A stretch of DNA of 64,000 nucleotides, from assembly GCA_000004985.1 (NCBI GenBank), contig GG738860.1; one strand, given 5' to 3'. Shown here one piece after another: positions 62,499 through 64,000 of the stretch. The notes beneath the pieces are model-generated. The model did no database searches and was not told where the DNA came from. It saw only the letters and a list, made by a program, of their open reading frames with translations. Both the position numbers and the translations under genes were made by a program. How positions within the stretch are numbered: position 1 is the stretch's first letter; every line of letters starts with the position of its first letter. This DNA is from Naegleria gruberi. Taxonomy: Eukaryota.

Positions 62499-63202
62499 TT
62501 AGTTGATAGCAACAACTTCAACATCGAAAATCAAAACACTGTTAGCTGGAATTTTACCCATAGCCTATTGAGTAATAAATCATAAAAATTGTAATTATAA
62601 ATCAAATCAGTAAAATTATAAAATCAATAACTAACCCTTGATCCATATCCCATTTCACTAGGAATAACCAACTTTCTCTTTTCACCAACACAAGCTCCTC
62701 TGTATTAATAATGTAATTATACGACATTACATGAATTGTTAATCCACACTTTGTTTAACGTCAACTTACTGAAGACCAGCATCCCATCCTTTAATAACAC
62801 TACCTTGTCCAATCTGATTATTATTAAAATAATTAATGATGTCAAGTGGTATCCAATTCATTCCGATAACACGTGTTAAAATATCAAATCATCAATTATA
62901 TTTTGTTTGATCGGAATGTATTATTAAAATATTGATCAATAAATAGATAATATAACACTCATACATACAGTGAAGGAGAATGGTTGATTTCTGCTATAAC
63001 TAGAATCAAATTCAGTACCATCAGTCAAAGTACCTCTGTAGTGAACATCAATTTTATCACCATCCTTGATCTTTCTATCACAATCATTTGGTCTATACTT
63101 GACACCAACTTGCAATCTCTTCAAATCTTCATACTTGGCAAAGGAGGATGAAACACAGAAGGTAACAACCAACAACAAGGCAACAACAAGAGTAAATCTC
63201 AT
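62499..63202 (-). CDS. ER-type FKBP (FKBP13/FKBP2-like) with signal peptide, 4 exons (63202-62969, 62813-62770, 62699-62636, 62564-62499)
   Basis: Spliced product is [78 protein letters not shown] / [15 protein letters not shown] / [22 protein letters not shown] / [21 protein letters not shown]. It is near-colinear with human FKBP2. Introns begin GTATGT, GTAAGT and GTTAGT, all with AG acceptors. Confidence 0.8.
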
Positions 63203-63299
63203 TTTTTTTAATTAATTTAAAAAATATTTAATTCTATAGGTATTAAATTTTAAAAGATATTAAATATTAAAAGATCTAACTGTTGCAGACATCACTAGT

Positions 63300-64000
63300 T
63301 TATTCTACATCATCATCATCATCTAGCATGGTATGAGTAATTTGTTCCTTAATTATGTACCTTTCGATTGATTCCCTTACTTGGGTTTGATAGGTATCGA
63401 GATTATCAAAGTAAATTCTTGGAACTGTACAAATTTCAATATAGTAAATCATTAAATAATTAACTAATACTTACTCAAATCACCAAATCCATTGACTTCA
63501 ACAATAAAGTGCTCTTGGAAATTCTCAGAAAACATCAAATCAACACCCAAACATAATGAGTTTGGAAAGCATTCATTAGCAATGCTCTCGCAAGTAACTT
63601 TCACCTTATCCCACGACCCAGGAGCCTTATATTCAAGTAACCTTAAAAAGTCATCACATTCTCCTCTCTTATTTCCTAAATGTAAATTGGTCATTGGATT
63701 TCTGGAAGTTCTTACAACGAAATTCATAATTTTTCCGCCTACAACTACAATTCTCAGATCGAAATTACCACGACCCATATAATCGGCTTTTTCAACCCAC
63801 TCCTCAACAATAGCTCCCTCAGCCAATACAAAATCTATTACTTGCTTAATATCCTCATTCTTTGTGTATCGTCTTATTCTCAATGAATTGTAAACTTTAA
63901 AGTATTGAGGGAAGTTTCTATCTCTAACTAGTTCAGAAGAGGTGGTTGCCAACTCTTTGAATACTGTCTCGGTAGATCCTATAATCCTCTGCTCAACAAA
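63300..64000 (-). CDS. RimK-type ATP-grasp ligase (RIMKL / alpha-L-glutamate ligase-like), 5' end beyond window; last intron 63425-63474
   Basis: FDLRIVVVGGKIMNFVVRTSRNPMTNLHLGNKRGE and LCLGVDLMFSENFQEHFIVEVNGFGDL align with RimK DIRVFVVGGKVVAAMRRQ...FRSNLHRGG and LDVAGVDIL....PLVMEVNSSPGL. The final exon IPRIYFDNLDTYQTQVRESIERYIIKEQITHTMLDDDDDVE* follows a 50-nt GTAAGT..AG intron. The frame stays open to position 64000. Confidence 0.6.

Noticed and set aside
1-64000. Prokaryotic-type features (CRISPR arrays, operons, RBS, Rho-independent terminators), rRNA, and transposable elements (LTRs, TIRs, transposase/RT/integrase ORFs)
   Set aside because: Spliceosomal introns, Pol III tRNAs with T-run terminators and eukaryote-specific genes (COG7, MMS19, CFAP57, F-box) show this is eukaryotic nuclear DNA. 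Apart from the intragenic tandem repeats at 47.7-49.8 kb and the 9-mer promoter motif, no direct-repeat/spacer periodicity and no mobile-element protein signature was seen by eye.

Overview
This is a 64-kb stretch of a compact, AT-rich eukaryotic nuclear genome, not a prokaryotic one. It is gene-dense, with roughly 30 protein-coding genes on both strands. Introns are short (38-125 nt) with GTAAGT/GTATGT/GTGAGT 5' sites, and the genetic code is standard. There are two Pol III tRNA genes, Ser-GCT on + and Arg-TCT on -, each followed by a T-run terminator. Three assembly gaps of 50, 491 and 1484 N interrupt the window. I found no transposon, CRISPR or rRNA features. Recognisable housekeeping genes are two FKBPs, PTH2, mitochondrial MetRS, MMS19, COG7, an LPLAT acyltransferase, an OYE flavin reductase, an AADAC-like esterase, a CFAP57/WDR65 flagellar WD40/coiled-coil protein and a RimK-type ATP-grasp ligase. 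The CFAP57 ortholog implies the organism is flagellated. The most notable content is: (1) a tight cluster of three guanylate-binding-protein (GBP)-like dynamin-superfamily GTPases at 28.7-36.8 kb, two with C-terminal CaaX boxes, whose 5' regions share recurring AAACGTGAT/ATCACGTTT inverted-repeat motifs, a candidate cell-autonomous immunity locus; (2) an 815-aa F-box-like/ankyrin protein whose first 22 residues are identical to the histone H3 N-terminal tail; (3) several unusual domain fusions: AGC kinase+WD40, RGS+START, F-box-like+Rab-like GTPase, and F-box-like+Pol-beta-type nucleotidyltransferase motif; (4) an extremely AT-rich kinase-like fragment next to the largest gap; (5) a 1.6k-aa trichohyalin-like coiled-coil gene built from ~0.39-kb tandem repeats. 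All functional calls rest on motif recognition by eye. No database search was run.
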